The position numbers were made by a program, and so were the translations under genes. DNA of 64,000 bases from the human T2T-CHM13v2.0 reference genome, Homo sapiens. The stretch lies in assembly GCF_009914755.1 (NCBI RefSeq), contig NC_060929.1. One strand, written 5' to 3'. The notes under the pieces were generated by a model. The model was given only the letters and a program-made list of their open reading frames with translations. It was not told the DNA's origin and did not search any database. Position 1 is the first letter of the stretch, and every line of letters starts with the position of its first letter. Below, piece after piece: positions 29,969 to 43,289 of this stretch.

Positions 29969-30462
29969 CCCTCCAGCAGTTTTGCAGGGAAGCTGTGCTC
30001 TCCCCACAAAGGCAGGTGCACCTGAACCCGCGGCCCACACACACAGCAGCACTCGATGACCCGCCCTCCAGCAGTTATGCAGGGAAGCTGTGCTCTCCCC
30101 ACAAAGGCAGGTGCACCTGAACCCGAGGCATACACACACAGCAGCACTGGATGACCCGCCCTCCAGCAGTTATGCAGGGAAGCTGTGCTCTCCCCACAAA
30201 AGCAGGTGCTCTCCCCACAAAGGCAGGTGCACCTGAACCCGCGGCCCATACACACAGCAGCACTCGATGACCCGCCCTCCAGCAGTTATGCAGGGAAGCT
30301 GTGCTCTCCCCACAAAGGCAGGTGCACCTGAACTCGAGGCATACACACACACAGAGCAGCACTCCATGACCCACCCTCCAGCAGTTATGCAGGGAAGCTG
30401 TGCTCTTCCCACAAAGGCAGGTGCACCTGAACCTGAGGCCCACACACACAGCAGCACTCGAC
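29969..30462. repeat. VNTR, ~95-bp unit x5
   Basis: CTCCAGCAGTT at 29971, 30066, 30161, 30277, 30376; one unit carries a 21-bp internal duplication. Confidence 0.92.
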
Positions 30463-32188
30463 GAGCATCTGTTAAGCTGAATAGAGTGATAATCTGCAGG
30501 ATTACCTTTCTGTAGGCTTTACAGGTATATGAAAGGAGAGTAGACAGGTATATGTACATAGAGGTATTCGGAAAGGTCGGAATTACTGAAAACTAGTGTT
30601 ACAAAAAGCAAAGATGGGCTACAGAGAACCCACAAGGCAAAGAAAGAGGAAAACTCTAAACACCAAGGAGCATCCCTGCCTCACCCAATTCCATCTGGTC
30701 TCCCCCATTCTTCACCGCTGTGTGCAGCAACCTAGTGTCTGCACACAAGGGTGACCTGCTCTGACCCAGCGCTGACAAGAAGCCCCAGGAGCCAAAGCCC
30801 CTGGAAGCCTCCTGGGCAATCAATCCTCTGTCTTTATGCCATGAGCTTCTTCTCCTCTGTCTTCTGCGTCCGTGGCCCTGGACTGACTGTGTGGAGCTGG
30901 ATGAGACCTAAGTCCTCAAGTGAAGGCTGCACTGTGACGTGTCCTGATCATAAGTAGAAGCTTCTCTGGGCCATCTCAGCAAATAACACGGTCAAACAAG
31001 TTTTAAACCAAAGCAACACAGGTTAAAACACAAGCGAGATGTTAATGCCACAGCGCAGGCACAGGGAAGCTCAGGTGCCATCTGGACGGGCACGCATGGA
31101 GTGTGCCCAGATGGTGCATTCCTGAGAGCTGGGGCCCAGGAGGAACCGGACGGCCATACTGGGGTCTTCCGGAGTATTCTAAGGATTGCCCAGGAGAGCA
31201 GAGGTTGTCCCGGGATTAATCAAGGATGAGAGAGAGGCAGCCACCCCACCAGAAAGGGCCGCTGAGGGATGGACACTCCTGATGTCTCCACTCGCCTTTC
31301 TTTCCAACCACAGCGGGGTCTGGCTTCTCCACAGAAACCAAGAGAGAACCACCACAAGGCCTAACGGCCCGTAACGAACTGAAGCACCGTGGCGCACAGG
31401 CATTTCACGCCTCGGTTACATTAGGTGCTAGACATACCTGGGCAACCGCCTGAAAACCTAAGTAGATGCTGTGCTTTGCCCAAGGCCATGGAGTCACTTG
31501 TCACCAAATCCCAAGCCTTCCCCTGAAGCCCTGCCAAGGTGAGTTTTTGGTGAAAGCACGAAAGACTGCATGGGGGTCCCTGAGACCACCCTCCAACTTG
31601 AAAGGGTACAGAGTAAACCAGCCAAGGGAAAGGGCTGCCAGGGAAGCCAGGCGCTTCCAGAGTCCCTCCCAGCGGAGTCACACAGGGTGCGCCGGATTCC
31701 TCCAGCAAGAAGCTGGGACAGCTAGTGCCGTGGTGCGGACCAGGGAGGCTCTCCTGAACCTGGGGGTCAGTCAGGGAAGTTCCAGCCACCCACAGCGAAA
31801 GCAGGTGTTTGCCATCCATCACCTTGTTGGTCAACTACCCAGGCAAAGTAGTGCAACATGGCTCCAGTCTCTCTCATCAGTCAGAACACTGCAGGAGCTC
31901 AACTCCCAGGAGCCAGCCAAGGGCCCCTCCTGGGAACGTGCAGGGTTTGAGCAATCCACACCCGCTGAGTTAAACCCTTCCCACATAGGCAGATCAAATC
32001 TGCTCCATCACCAGGGGCAACAAATACCATCACCCACATCCCTGGGCCCATGTGAGAGAAGGACAGTGATGGGACTGGACATGTACTTCACAGGGCACTG
32101 TCCTGCTTCTGAGGTCTGATTTTTCTCAGTTCTCTTTAATATGGGATCTCCAAGAGAGCCTCAACTGTATTTGATTAAAAAAAAAATA

Positions 32189-32521
<333 letters not shown>

Positions 32522-32814
32522 TTAAAAATGCCCCTTAAAAATACATCAATGTTATATTAAGGCAAACCTACTTCAGAAGCACAGAGACCTTGAAAAAAGT
32601 TAATTTCTTGTAATTCCAAGATGTTTTGGGAATGAGAAATCAGCACAGAAAATGGGCTAGGAGGATAATGGATGAAACCCGATGGGCTGATCATGGTTCC
32701 AAGATGGTCTCGCCATGGAGGTGACAGGGTGAGTGCTGCAGTGCAGGACTGGGGATGCCACAGGAACGGGTGCCCCAGGTAGGGCGTCATCCAGGAAGGA
32801 TGAGAAACCTGAGA

Positions 32815-33188
32815 ACAGCTGGGTGGGAGCAGCTGGGGGGGAGCAGCTGGGGGAGAACAGCTGGGGGGAGCAGCTGGGTGGGAGCAGCTGGGTGGGAACA
32901 GCTGGGTGGGAGCAGCTGGGTGGGAGCAGCTGGGGGGAGTAGCTGGGGGGGAGCAGCTGAGGGGGAGCAGCTGGGGGGAGCAGCTGGGTGGGAGCAGCTA
33001 GGGGGGAGCAGCTGGGTGGGAGCAGCTGGGTGGGAGCAGCTAGGGGGGAGCAGCTGGGGGGAGTAGCTGGGTGGGAGCAGCTGAGGGGGAGCAGCTGGGT
33101 GTGAGCAGCTGAGTTGGAGCAGCTAGGGGGGAGCAGCTGGGGGGAGCAGCTGGGGGGGAGCAGCTAGGGGGGAGCAGCTGGGTGGGGG
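32815..33188. repeat. G-rich minisatellite (GGGAGCAGCTGGGT/G), 14-15 bp x ~25
   Basis: Direct reading. Confidence 0.95.
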
Positions 33189-35639
33189 GCAGGGTCCGCT
33201 GGCTGCACGGGGGTGGGGAGAGGAGCCCATGAGGGCCTGAGAGCAGCGAGGCCGGGCGGAACCCTAATCCCTCATCTGCACATGACATGGGGCCTGCCGG
33301 AGCCCCACAGAGCTTGGAACGGAGCTGGGGAAGAGCGTTTGCCAGGCCTCCCGTCCCCTCCTTCTTCCCACTGGGATTGCTCTGAAGGAAGAAGAACCCA
33401 TCAAGTCCTTGTAAATGTGCTGGGGAGAGAACCCCTGACAGTGCCTGGTGCTCACTCCTGGGGAGCCACTGTCTCGGGTGGTCCTGGTACCGTGAAGTTT
33501 CTGGGCTCAGGTCCACGGCACCTGGAAAATGTCGTGTTTAAGTGAAATGATATTCAAAGCCCAAGAGGAAATGTTCCAGGCACTTCTCAGAGACCCCATG
33601 AGGCAGGAAGGACAGTGGGGCTATGGGGGCCCCCAGCTTCTCCAGCTCGACCCGTGCCTGGGAATTACTCCCTGAAATCATGAGCAGAGCTGGATGCTGG
33701 GTCAGTTCTGTGTGCCTGGAAATTACTCCCTGATATCGATAGCAGAGCTGGACGCTGTGATCTGTGGGACTCTACCCTTAATGGCTTCATTTATTTACAT
33801 GGATGTAACCGTACATTTGTCTATGTAAAGAAATAAATTTGTCATTTGTTAGATTCGCCTGCACTTGAGATATCTTTTTAAGAATATTTTCCTAGCCATT
33901 AAAGAACATGTCGATTTTCTTTTTTCATTTCCCTATTGCTATGTGACAAAAGGTCATATTCTATACTTTTTGTATTAAAGGACTTCAAATTACTGATACT
34001 TTGAATGACTTCTAAAGTCTTTGCCATATTCTGAATGAAGAATGTGAGCCCCAGGTTAAAAAGATCAACAATTAAATCACAGGGTGTGTGTTCACCAGGA
34101 GGCCTGGTGTCATTTTCTTGTGGGCCGTTTGCGATTGTCTGAGAGGGAAGATCTCGTGCTGTGTTCTCACCACGGGCACAGGCACAAGGAAGCCCCCAGG
34201 AAGTGTGGAATTCCTCGATTGCTTTGATTTGGTGATGGTTTCATGGGTGTTTGCTCAGGTCAAGTCTCACCAAAGTGCACACATGAAATGTGTGCAGCTC
34301 TTTGAGTATCAATTATACCTCAAAAAAGCTGAAACACTTTTACACTTGAAATAATCGAAGTGACATTTTAATCTAAAGGTATACAAATCTATCGCCTACA
34401 TGGCTGATTTTTCCATGAGAGTCTCATTTACAAGAGAAACACAATTATGAAATCAGTACCCTTTACTTTTAAAGGGTAACGGAAGAAGCATAAGTTTCTG
34501 TTAGGACAGCGCTTACACTCTCCCCTATGTTTATTCTGTGGTTAACCACCATGGTAGATCCGCAGTGATTCAGGAAGATGAATTATCTGCAACACGCAAA
34601 AGTTCAGTCCTCTGGCATGTACGAATCCTGGTGTGGTTTTTGCACAACATTCTGCCTGGGATGCGTAGGGAGAAGCTGTGATAACAGGATCGGGATTCAC
34701 TCATGCTTCATTCATCTGGGAGGCCTGCGACTGCCCGGCACAATGTGGGCTGAGCCTCCAGCGCCGAGCACCAGACACTCCACCCTCCTGAGGCACTTGT
34801 GCGGATGCAGGTGAGATGCCCAGACCAGCACGGTGTGCATGGGGGGTCGGGCACCAGAGAAGTTGAGATGAGATTCAACTGTGTGGATGGGTCTGGTGGA
34901 GGTGGTGGCTCCCGGGCTGGGGAGGCATAAAGATGAATCCCGGTGACCCTTGCCCTGAAAAGCTGCTATGTACATTTAGTAGAAGACTGTCGATGAAAAC
35001 AGACTCTCAGAAGCAAAGAGGGGCCTCGACGGGCCCCCCCACCCATGTGCAATGCCAGTCTTACTCTCTCCACCCTCGAAGGGAGCATCCTCCTCACCTT
35101 TCTGGTCCACCTTCCCTTGCGTTGCCTGCAATTATCCACTGAATTCCTGCAGCCCCAAACAGTCTTTTTGATATGGACTACTTTGAGCTAGACATAAATC
35201 AATTAATTAGCAGCGTGTGTTTTTGCTGCTTCATCCACTCACACACTATCTGAGACCCATTCATGTTTCTGGGGGTCCCTCACTCGCCTTGCGCTGGCTG
35301 ACTCCACTGACATCCACTGGGATGTCCTCATCCACCTGCAGTGAACAAGCATTTGGATCTCTTCCCACTTAGGTCTGTGCAAACAGTGACACCAGGTGCA
35401 TCTGAAATATGCCACGTGCCCAGGTGCACGCGGGGCATGAGCAGCTCCCTGACCCCTCTGTGGCGAGAGAGCAGAGGCCCAGGGTGAAGTGGGGAGGTGT
35501 GGGTGTGGGGCCAGGCTGGGGTGGGGGAGAGGACACTGGATTCTGGGCTTTATCTGAGGGCCGAGCAGCAGGTGTCATGGCAGATCAGATCTGGTGTTGA
35601 ACTGGCCTGACTGTCCCATAGAACTGATGTTCATGGTTT

Positions 35640-36085
35640 CTCTGAATAACACAGAAATGGAGCCTTGTTGTCTTGAAACTTGAGAAAGTGACATTTGTCT
35701 TATTTGAGTTCCTTTCTTAGGAAACTGACCATCAGGCCTCCCGGGTAGTGTGAAGGAAGAGAGACTCACCAGATCACGCCATCTGGACAGTGAGATGCCA
35801 AACCCCTCACCCATCATGAGTGCCTGACCAGCCACCTGCCTCCTCCTGACCAACTCCTCTTCCTCACTCTCCCTAATTCCTGTTTTCCTTACACACAGTC
35901 ACACTTCTTCCCTGCTATATAGTCAGTCAGGAAGATGGATTTGAAGCTGACCTCCCATCTCCTGGCCTGTAGCTTCTGATGCACGCCTTCTTCATTGGCA
36001 GTAACTATCGTCTTAGTGATTGGCTTTCTGTGTGGAGAGCAGCGGGATCTGGAACAAACCCCTGCATTCCGGGAACAGGGAGAGC
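35640..36085 (+). mobile_element. Old ERV1-class LTR (family uncertain)
   Basis: LTR-like composition (TCAGGCCTCC..., CCCTGCTATATA TATA box, ATTGGCTTTCTGTG); recognised by eye only. Confidence 0.4.
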
Positions 36086-36779
36086 AGCCTCAGCAGGCCC
36101 CCGGCCCTGAGTGCGGTCATGACCACCAGGGACCACCCACCGAAGGTGAATGTGGACAAGAAAAAAAGGCTCCTGAGGACCCAGCCAGAATTCCTGCAAC
36201 ATCACGGAGAATCATGGCCACCCGGCCCATGCCCCCTTGAAGGGCAGCTGCAAGATTCATCTCATTTGTCTTTCTTTCCTGGACATCTTCAAATTTCCTT
36301 CACCACAACCTTGTGATCCTGAGATTCCATCAATATGTGCATTGTTTTACTATATTGCTTTAATTTACTCTGCCGGTTATCTGGAGAAATGCAACCTCAT
36401 CAGCAGAAATTATTTCCACCCTGCCGCTTTTTAAATGTTATTTCCTATAGCCAGGTACTGAGCCCTTCAATGGAGGTCTAAACCCTCCACTCTCTCCCTC
36501 TGGGATTGCCAAGCCTGTGGTTTCAGTTCCATGCTCCCAGGTAGATGATGTCAACTCAAAGTCCAACGGGCTTATGAAATACTTTTTGTGGTTTTTTTCT
36601 TAATTTTAAGAGTTTTTTTTTAATGTTTTTGTTTCATGGAGGTGACACCCTCTGTCTTTGACTTGCAGAAGCCTTCCACCTTCAGTCTGCGTGTACTGAA
36701 GCCAGTGTTTGCTGTACAGCCTCTCAGCCGCAGCAGCCCACAGTGAGGTGCAGGTGCTCACACCACTGCCCCAGAGAGC

Positions 36780-37786
36780 TCCTCCATTCGCCCCTCCACC
36801 CATAGCCCCTCGAAACCACTGCCCTGCTCCCCAACACGGTAGCACTGTCTTCTCCAAGATGTCATGCGGCGGCATCCCTCGGCCTGTGCGCACCGAAACT
36901 AGCTTCCTTCACTGGGCATATGGCCTGGGAGACCTGGGGCATTTGGGTGCATCCTTCCACTGCTGGTTGGTGCCCCCTGTGTGGAAGCATCCGCGTTGGT
37001 TCCCGCCTCCTCCTGCCGATGGACATTTTGTTTTCTTCCAGTTATTGGCAATGAGGAATGAGGCCTAAACACTTGTGTGCAGGTTTGTGCATGCATGTTT
37101 AAGTTTTCTCTTGGGGGACATTTCAGGAGTGGGGTTGCTGGATGACAGGGTAAGGATGTGCTTAACTTCGTAAGAAACTCCCGGACCACTTTCCAGCATG
37201 GCGGGACCCCTCCCATTCCCACTGCAGCTTATGAGGGTCCCAGTTCCTCTGCATCATCACTAGAACCTGGGTCGGCCTGTGGTTTTTGTCTGTTTTTAGC
37301 CATTTTAATAGATTTGCAGAGGTACTGTTGACTGGCATTTCTCCAGCATCTCTACGACGTTGAGCCTCTTTCTCGGGCAATATGCCCTCCTTATACCTTC
37401 TTTGATCCTCCATTCAAATATTTGCCCTCTCTGTAACACTGGGGTTTTTACTTTCTTATGGTTAAGTTTTGATGGTTCTTCACATATCCTGCGTGCCAGT
37501 ACGTTGTGAGACGTGTGATTCACAAATACTTTTTTCTAGACCATAGTTTGTGTTTCATTCTCTTTGGATTTTCACATTGCTTTATAGAATTATCATTTTA
37601 AATTTATGATTAAGTTTAATTTGTCAATCTTTTATGAATCATGCTTTTGGTGTCATGTCTAAGAACTTTTCGCCCAACCCCAGGCCGTACGAATTTTCCT
37701 GTGTTTTTATCTAAGGGTTTTATAGCGTCATGTTCTCCATTTAGGCCTGTGATAAATGTTGAGTAACATTTTGTGTCAGCCATGGC
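36780..37786 (-). mobile_element. Old L1M fragment
   Basis: Degenerate L1 ORF2/3'UTR reverse-complement motifs (TTCCCACTGCAG...GTCCCAGTTCCTCTGCATC, TTTTGGTGTCATGTCTAAGAAC). Confidence 0.6.
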
Positions 37787-38146
37787 CATACCTTTCTCCG
37801 TCTCTGACAGTATCGCGGGCGTTTGCAGCTCCCAGTGCCTCGTGCTGTTCCCGTCTTCTTGATCTGCTCTTCCTGTCATACCTTTCTCCATCTCTGACAG
37901 TATCGCGGGCGTTTGCAGCTCCCAGTGCCTCGTGCTGTTCCCGTCTTCTTGATCTGCTCTTCCTGTCATACCTTTCTCCGTCTCTGACATTATCGCGGGC
38001 GTTTGCAGCTCCCAGTGCCTCGTGCTGTTCCCGTCTTCTTGATCTGCTCTTCCTGTCATACCTTTCTCCATCTCTGACAGTATCGTGGGCGTTTGCAGCT
38101 CCCAGTGCCCCGTGCTGTTCCCGTCTTCTTGATCTGCTCTACCTGT
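37787..38146. repeat. VNTR, 90-bp unit x4
   Basis: CATACCTTTCTCC at 37787, 37877, 37967, 38057. Confidence 0.95.
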
Positions 38147-38717
38147 GAGTTCCAGGGCATGTCTTAGTGCTGGCGCTGTCCTGGTCCATCAGGGGGTCCT
38201 GTGGGCTTGTCCATGTGGGAAAGTCGGGACTGTGATGTTGACGGGATGCTTTGTGAGTCAGGGGGAGGTGCTGATGGGGGTTTCCCTGTAGGAGAGAGAG
38301 GTGTTTGGTTTTCCAGATGGTGCAGACTTGAGAGGGGACAAACTTGAGAAATGCCACCAAGGAGAAGCCCAGGCAGAGCAGGTCTCGGGGCCGCCCAGCT
38401 GTGTGGGAGCCAAACGTGGATGTGTCAGTGGCCATGCCAGGAGGTAAACCCTCAACCAAGGGCCTCTGGGTGTCCAAGGCCAAGTCTTATTCAACAGGTG
38501 CGTTCAGCTGAGCCAACCATGGCAGAAATGCATAAGGGAGATCCCATGGTTCCTCTGTTTAAATCCCCTGCTAATCCCACCCAACTCAGAGAAGGAGCCA
38601 AGTCCTCACAGCAGCCTGCCACCCCCGCCTGACTCGGCCTCCTCTGGCTCTGATTCTCCGTACCCTTCTATCCCTCTCTGTCTCTTCTCCCACCAGAGAG
38701 GAGACCCTGAACATTCA

Positions 38718-39233
<516 letters not shown>

Positions 39234-39609
39234 CTAACAGGGGGAGATATCACATGACACCCACCAGACGGGCAAAAATCCCACCACCCACAACTCAATC
39301 AATGCCAGTGTTGGGGAGAATGGAGAGAAGCAGGAACACCACGCCCTGCTAAGAACGGTTGTGAAATCTATTTTGTTATGCTTGTATATGAAAGAGTGTA
39401 TGTTGTGGGTTATGAGGAAAGTTACATTTCTTACCTGGGATGAAATTTTAAAACTTGAAAGCTACTGACCAGAAGAAACTTGCACTTGTGTACAAAAGAA
39501 ACGCCCAAGAACGTTCCCAACAAAACACAGTCCTCAGGGCCCCAACCTGGCCACACACTCATCCACAGGAAGATGGAAGACATTTCCCATGCTCCCCTCA
39601 GACGATGGG

Positions 39610-40072
39610 AAATCATGCAGCAATGAAAATGAACCGTGTCAGTGTGGGTGGGTCTCAGGGAGAGAATGGAGATGGGAGATCACACAGCAATGAAAATGAA
39701 CCACGTCAGTGTGGGAGGGTCTCAGGGAGAGAATGGAGACGGGAGATCACGCAGCAGTGAAAATGAACCACGTCAGTGTGGGAGGGTCTCAGGGAGAGAA
39801 TGGAGACGGGAGATCACGCAGCAGTGAAAATGAACCACGTCAGTGTGGGTGGGTCTCAGGGAGAGAATGGAGACGGGAGATCACGCAGCAGTGAAAATGA
39901 ACCGTGTCAGTGTGGGTGGGTCTCAGGGAGAGAATGGAGACGGGAGATCACGCAGCAATGAAAATGAACCACGTCAGTGTGGGTGGGTCTCAGGGAGAGA
40001 ATGGAGACGGGAGATCACGCAGCAATGAAAATGAACCACGTCAGTGTGGGTGGGTCTCAGGGAGAGAATGGA
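39610..40072. repeat. VNTR, 67-bp unit x ~7
   Basis: GTCAGTGTGGGTGGGTCTCAGGGAGAGAATGGAGACGGGAGATCACGCAGCAATGAAAATGAACCAC, period 67. Confidence 0.95.
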
Positions 40073-40929
40073 GGACAGAAATAGACATAGAGCAGATGCT
40101 CAGAGCCATGCAGGGCAGGAGCAGCCACGCAGGAGAACTTCCTTACATCAAAGTTCAAAACTACAGCCGAGGCAACAGAGCAAGACCCTGCCTCAAAAAG
40201 AAAACAGAAAGTTCAAAAACTAAATGGCATATTTTTTAGGGATGTGCAGATACGTGGTGAAAGAAACGTACTATGAAGAAAAGTGTGGGAATAATAAAGA
40301 CTAAAGCAGGAACTGATTCCCTCTGCAGGAGAAGGGAAGGGACCCGGGACTCAGGCAGGGCCTCCAGGGAGCATCCACAGTTATGTTTCTTGAGATTCTA
40401 CTCCCTAAGCTTGGTGGAGGTCCTCTGTGTCCAATGTGTCAATATTCTTTATACCTTACCCATCCTGTACAAATGCTTTATTTCTATTCAACATTTAGAA
40501 GGCAGTTATAAACAAGATGCATTCAATAGCAAGGTGGCAGATGAACATCAGGAAGGAACATCCATGAGCTTCCATCCACGGAACCTCACCATGGATACGC
40601 TTGTGATCAAGGGCCTGGTCTCCCCTCAAGACACGGTCAGAGATCAGAGGCCACACCATCATAGCAGTGGAGCAGGACCAGCTGGGACAGGGTTCTTCTG
40701 TGACACCTGCTGCATCACCAGGCTGTGTGAACGGACTCAATTGCCAGAACTCACAGAATAGCAGTATCAGCGCCGAAACCTCACAGGAAAAATGGTAAGT
40801 TCTAAGTTTCTCCACTAATAGTAACTCTCAGATTAATCTCTGTCATCCATTGCTTCTCCAAGAAATAACTTTTTAGGGTGACGTGCCAGGCGACATGTTG
40901 GAGGGTTGGTGGTAGTGGCTTGGGGAGAT

Positions 40930-43270
40930 GCTCGCTCTGTTGGTCTCACTCTCTCACATGCTTCCCCTGGCTCCCTTCGTTCCCCCCACCCCACTTGGCC
41001 TGCATGCGGGAGTGTGTGCGAGGGAGTGGGAGGACGTCGGGGGGTGAGGGAAGGCATTCTGGTCCCCAAGAGACCCGCGGAGGGAGGCAGAGGCTGTGAG
41101 GGACTCCGGGAAGCTATGGACGTCGAGAGGCTCCAGGAGGCGCTGAAAGATTTTGAGAAGAGGGGAAAAAGGAAGTTTGTCCTGTCCTGGATCAGTTTCT
41201 TTGTCATACAGCCAAGACTGGAGAAACAGATTCAGTGGTCCCAATTTAAAGGCTATTTTATTTTCAAACTGGAGAAAGTGATGGATGATTTCAGAACTTC
41301 AGCTCCTGCGCCAAGAGGTCCTCCCAACCCTAATGTCGAATATATTTCCTTTGATGAAACAAAGGAAAGAATACTGAAAACTGTCACTGGATTTAACCGT
41401 ATCCCTTTTACTATTCAGCGACTATGGAATTGTTAACAGATCCAAGGAGAAACTATACAGGAACAGACAAATTTCTCAGAGGAGTAGAAAAGCATGTGAT
41501 GGTTGTTAGCTGTGTTTATCCTTCTTCAGAGAAAAACAATTCCAATAGTTTAAATCGAATGAATGGTGTTATGTTTCCTGGAAATTCACCAAGCTATACT
41601 GAGAGGTCTAATATAAATGGGCCTGGGACACCCAGGCCACGTAATCGACCAAAGGTTTCTTTGTCAGCCCCCATGACAACAAATGGGTCGCCTGACAGCA
41701 CAGACAGCAAGGAGGTAAATTTGCAGCAAAATGAAGAGAAAAATCACAGTGACTCTTCGACATCTGAATCAGAAGTTTGCTCAGTGAGCCCTCTGAAAAA
41801 TAAACATCCAGATGAAGATGCTGTGGAAGCTGAGGGGCATGAGGTAAAAAGACTCACGTTTGACAAAAAAGGCGAAGTCAGAGAAACAGCCATTCAAGCG
41901 ACTTGCAGCGAAATTTCTTCGGTTATGGTAGAAGAAACAGAAGCATCACCTTCATCTCAGGATAAAGACAAAGAAAGCCGTTGTACCCGGCAGCACGTAC
42001 AGAAGAGGATGAAGAAGAGGATGAAGAGGAAGAAGAATATATTGAGAGACCATCTGTAAAAGGGAGGAGTAAGAAGATCCTCAAATTCTTGTATTCATTG
42101 CTTTCGTGAAAGAATTGTACATAATAGAACTCCTTGTAATGCCGACATTGGGCTTTTCTCCCACCTGTATGTAGTTGTTGCTGAATTTCAGGGGATGTGA
42201 TTTGAACTACAGAACATCAGAATTCATGAAACTTAACTGTGGAGGTATTTTGAAAATAAAATTTAAGTACAACAACATTTGCTTATTTTTAGAGTCTTTT
42301 ATGATATCAAGAGAAATGATCCCGGAAAGAAAAAATCAAGAAAAAGAATCTGATGCCTCAACTGTGAATGAAGAGACTTCTGAGGAAAATAATCAAATGG
42401 AGGAATCTGATGTGTCTCAAGCTGAGAAAGATTTACTACATTCCGAAGGTAATGAAAACGAAGGCCCTGAAAGTAGTGGTTCTTCTGACTGCCGTGAAAC
42501 AGAAGAATTAGTAGGATCCAATTCCAGTAAAACTGGAGAGATTCTTTCAGAATCATCCATGGAAAATGATGACGAAGCCACAGAAGTCACCGATGAACCA
42601 ATGGAACAAGATTATTTAGAAACATTTAGATGCAGTATTTTACGTACAGTTCTGGTTTTAACGCCGTATAAAACTTTTATGTAAAAAAGTGCACCTTTAG
42701 TTTTACAAGAAAAGCAGGTTGTAAAATAAAGTACTTTATGGATAATTCCTGGAAGAGTTGTACATGTAAGAACTGTGAATATCAGCTCCTCTGGGTCCTG
42801 CTTACCTTACCGCTGATCTTTCTTTCTTTCTTTCTTTTGGTCTGGGCAAATCAGTGGTTTGTGTATAGATTTTTTTTTAAATTTAGGATTAAGGTTTTTA
42901 AACTGGAAGGTAATCATAATGTTGAAAAGTTTTTTGAGATTGTCACATTTAGTTTATACATATGCAAGAAGGTTTTTGTCTTGTCTCTTTCTGATAGCTC
43001 TAGCAGTTTTCATATTTTGGTCATAGTTTCAACATTTTAACATGTGAATAATAGGGTTTCATGCTGGTTTCCAGATGTTATTGTTCAGCTACATACAATG
43101 GAACTTTAAGTTATATTCTAAGGGGGGAAATGTTATATTTTTCTGTTTCTATAAGAGATGAATACAGTGGATACTTTTTCTATTGGTAATGATTGAGTTC
43201 ACCTCTTTCAGAAGACATTTTCTTTCGCTTCTGAGTAACTGAAATAAAATCTGGCCTTTGTGAAACCCTG
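40930..43270 (+). pseudogene. PPP4R2 processed pseudogene (5'UTR, frameshifted CDS 41116 to ~42612, 3'UTR)
   Basis: [60 protein letters not shown] and [13 protein letters not shown] fall in different frames; intronless apart from one ~255-nt insert; AATAAA near 43243. Confidence 0.93.
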
Positions 43271-43289
43271 GAAATACCACGACCCACAA

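Noticed and set aside
37616-38148. ORFs on both strands with 30-aa repeats
   Set aside because: A consequence of a 90-bp VNTR unit; no recognisable protein or splice context.
39610-40072. Relationship between the two 67-bp-period arrays
   Set aside because: No sequence similarity; the equal period is coincidental.
40906-42684. PPP4R2 as a functional retrogene
   Set aside because: Several frameshifts split it over multiple frames, and the native stop is lost.
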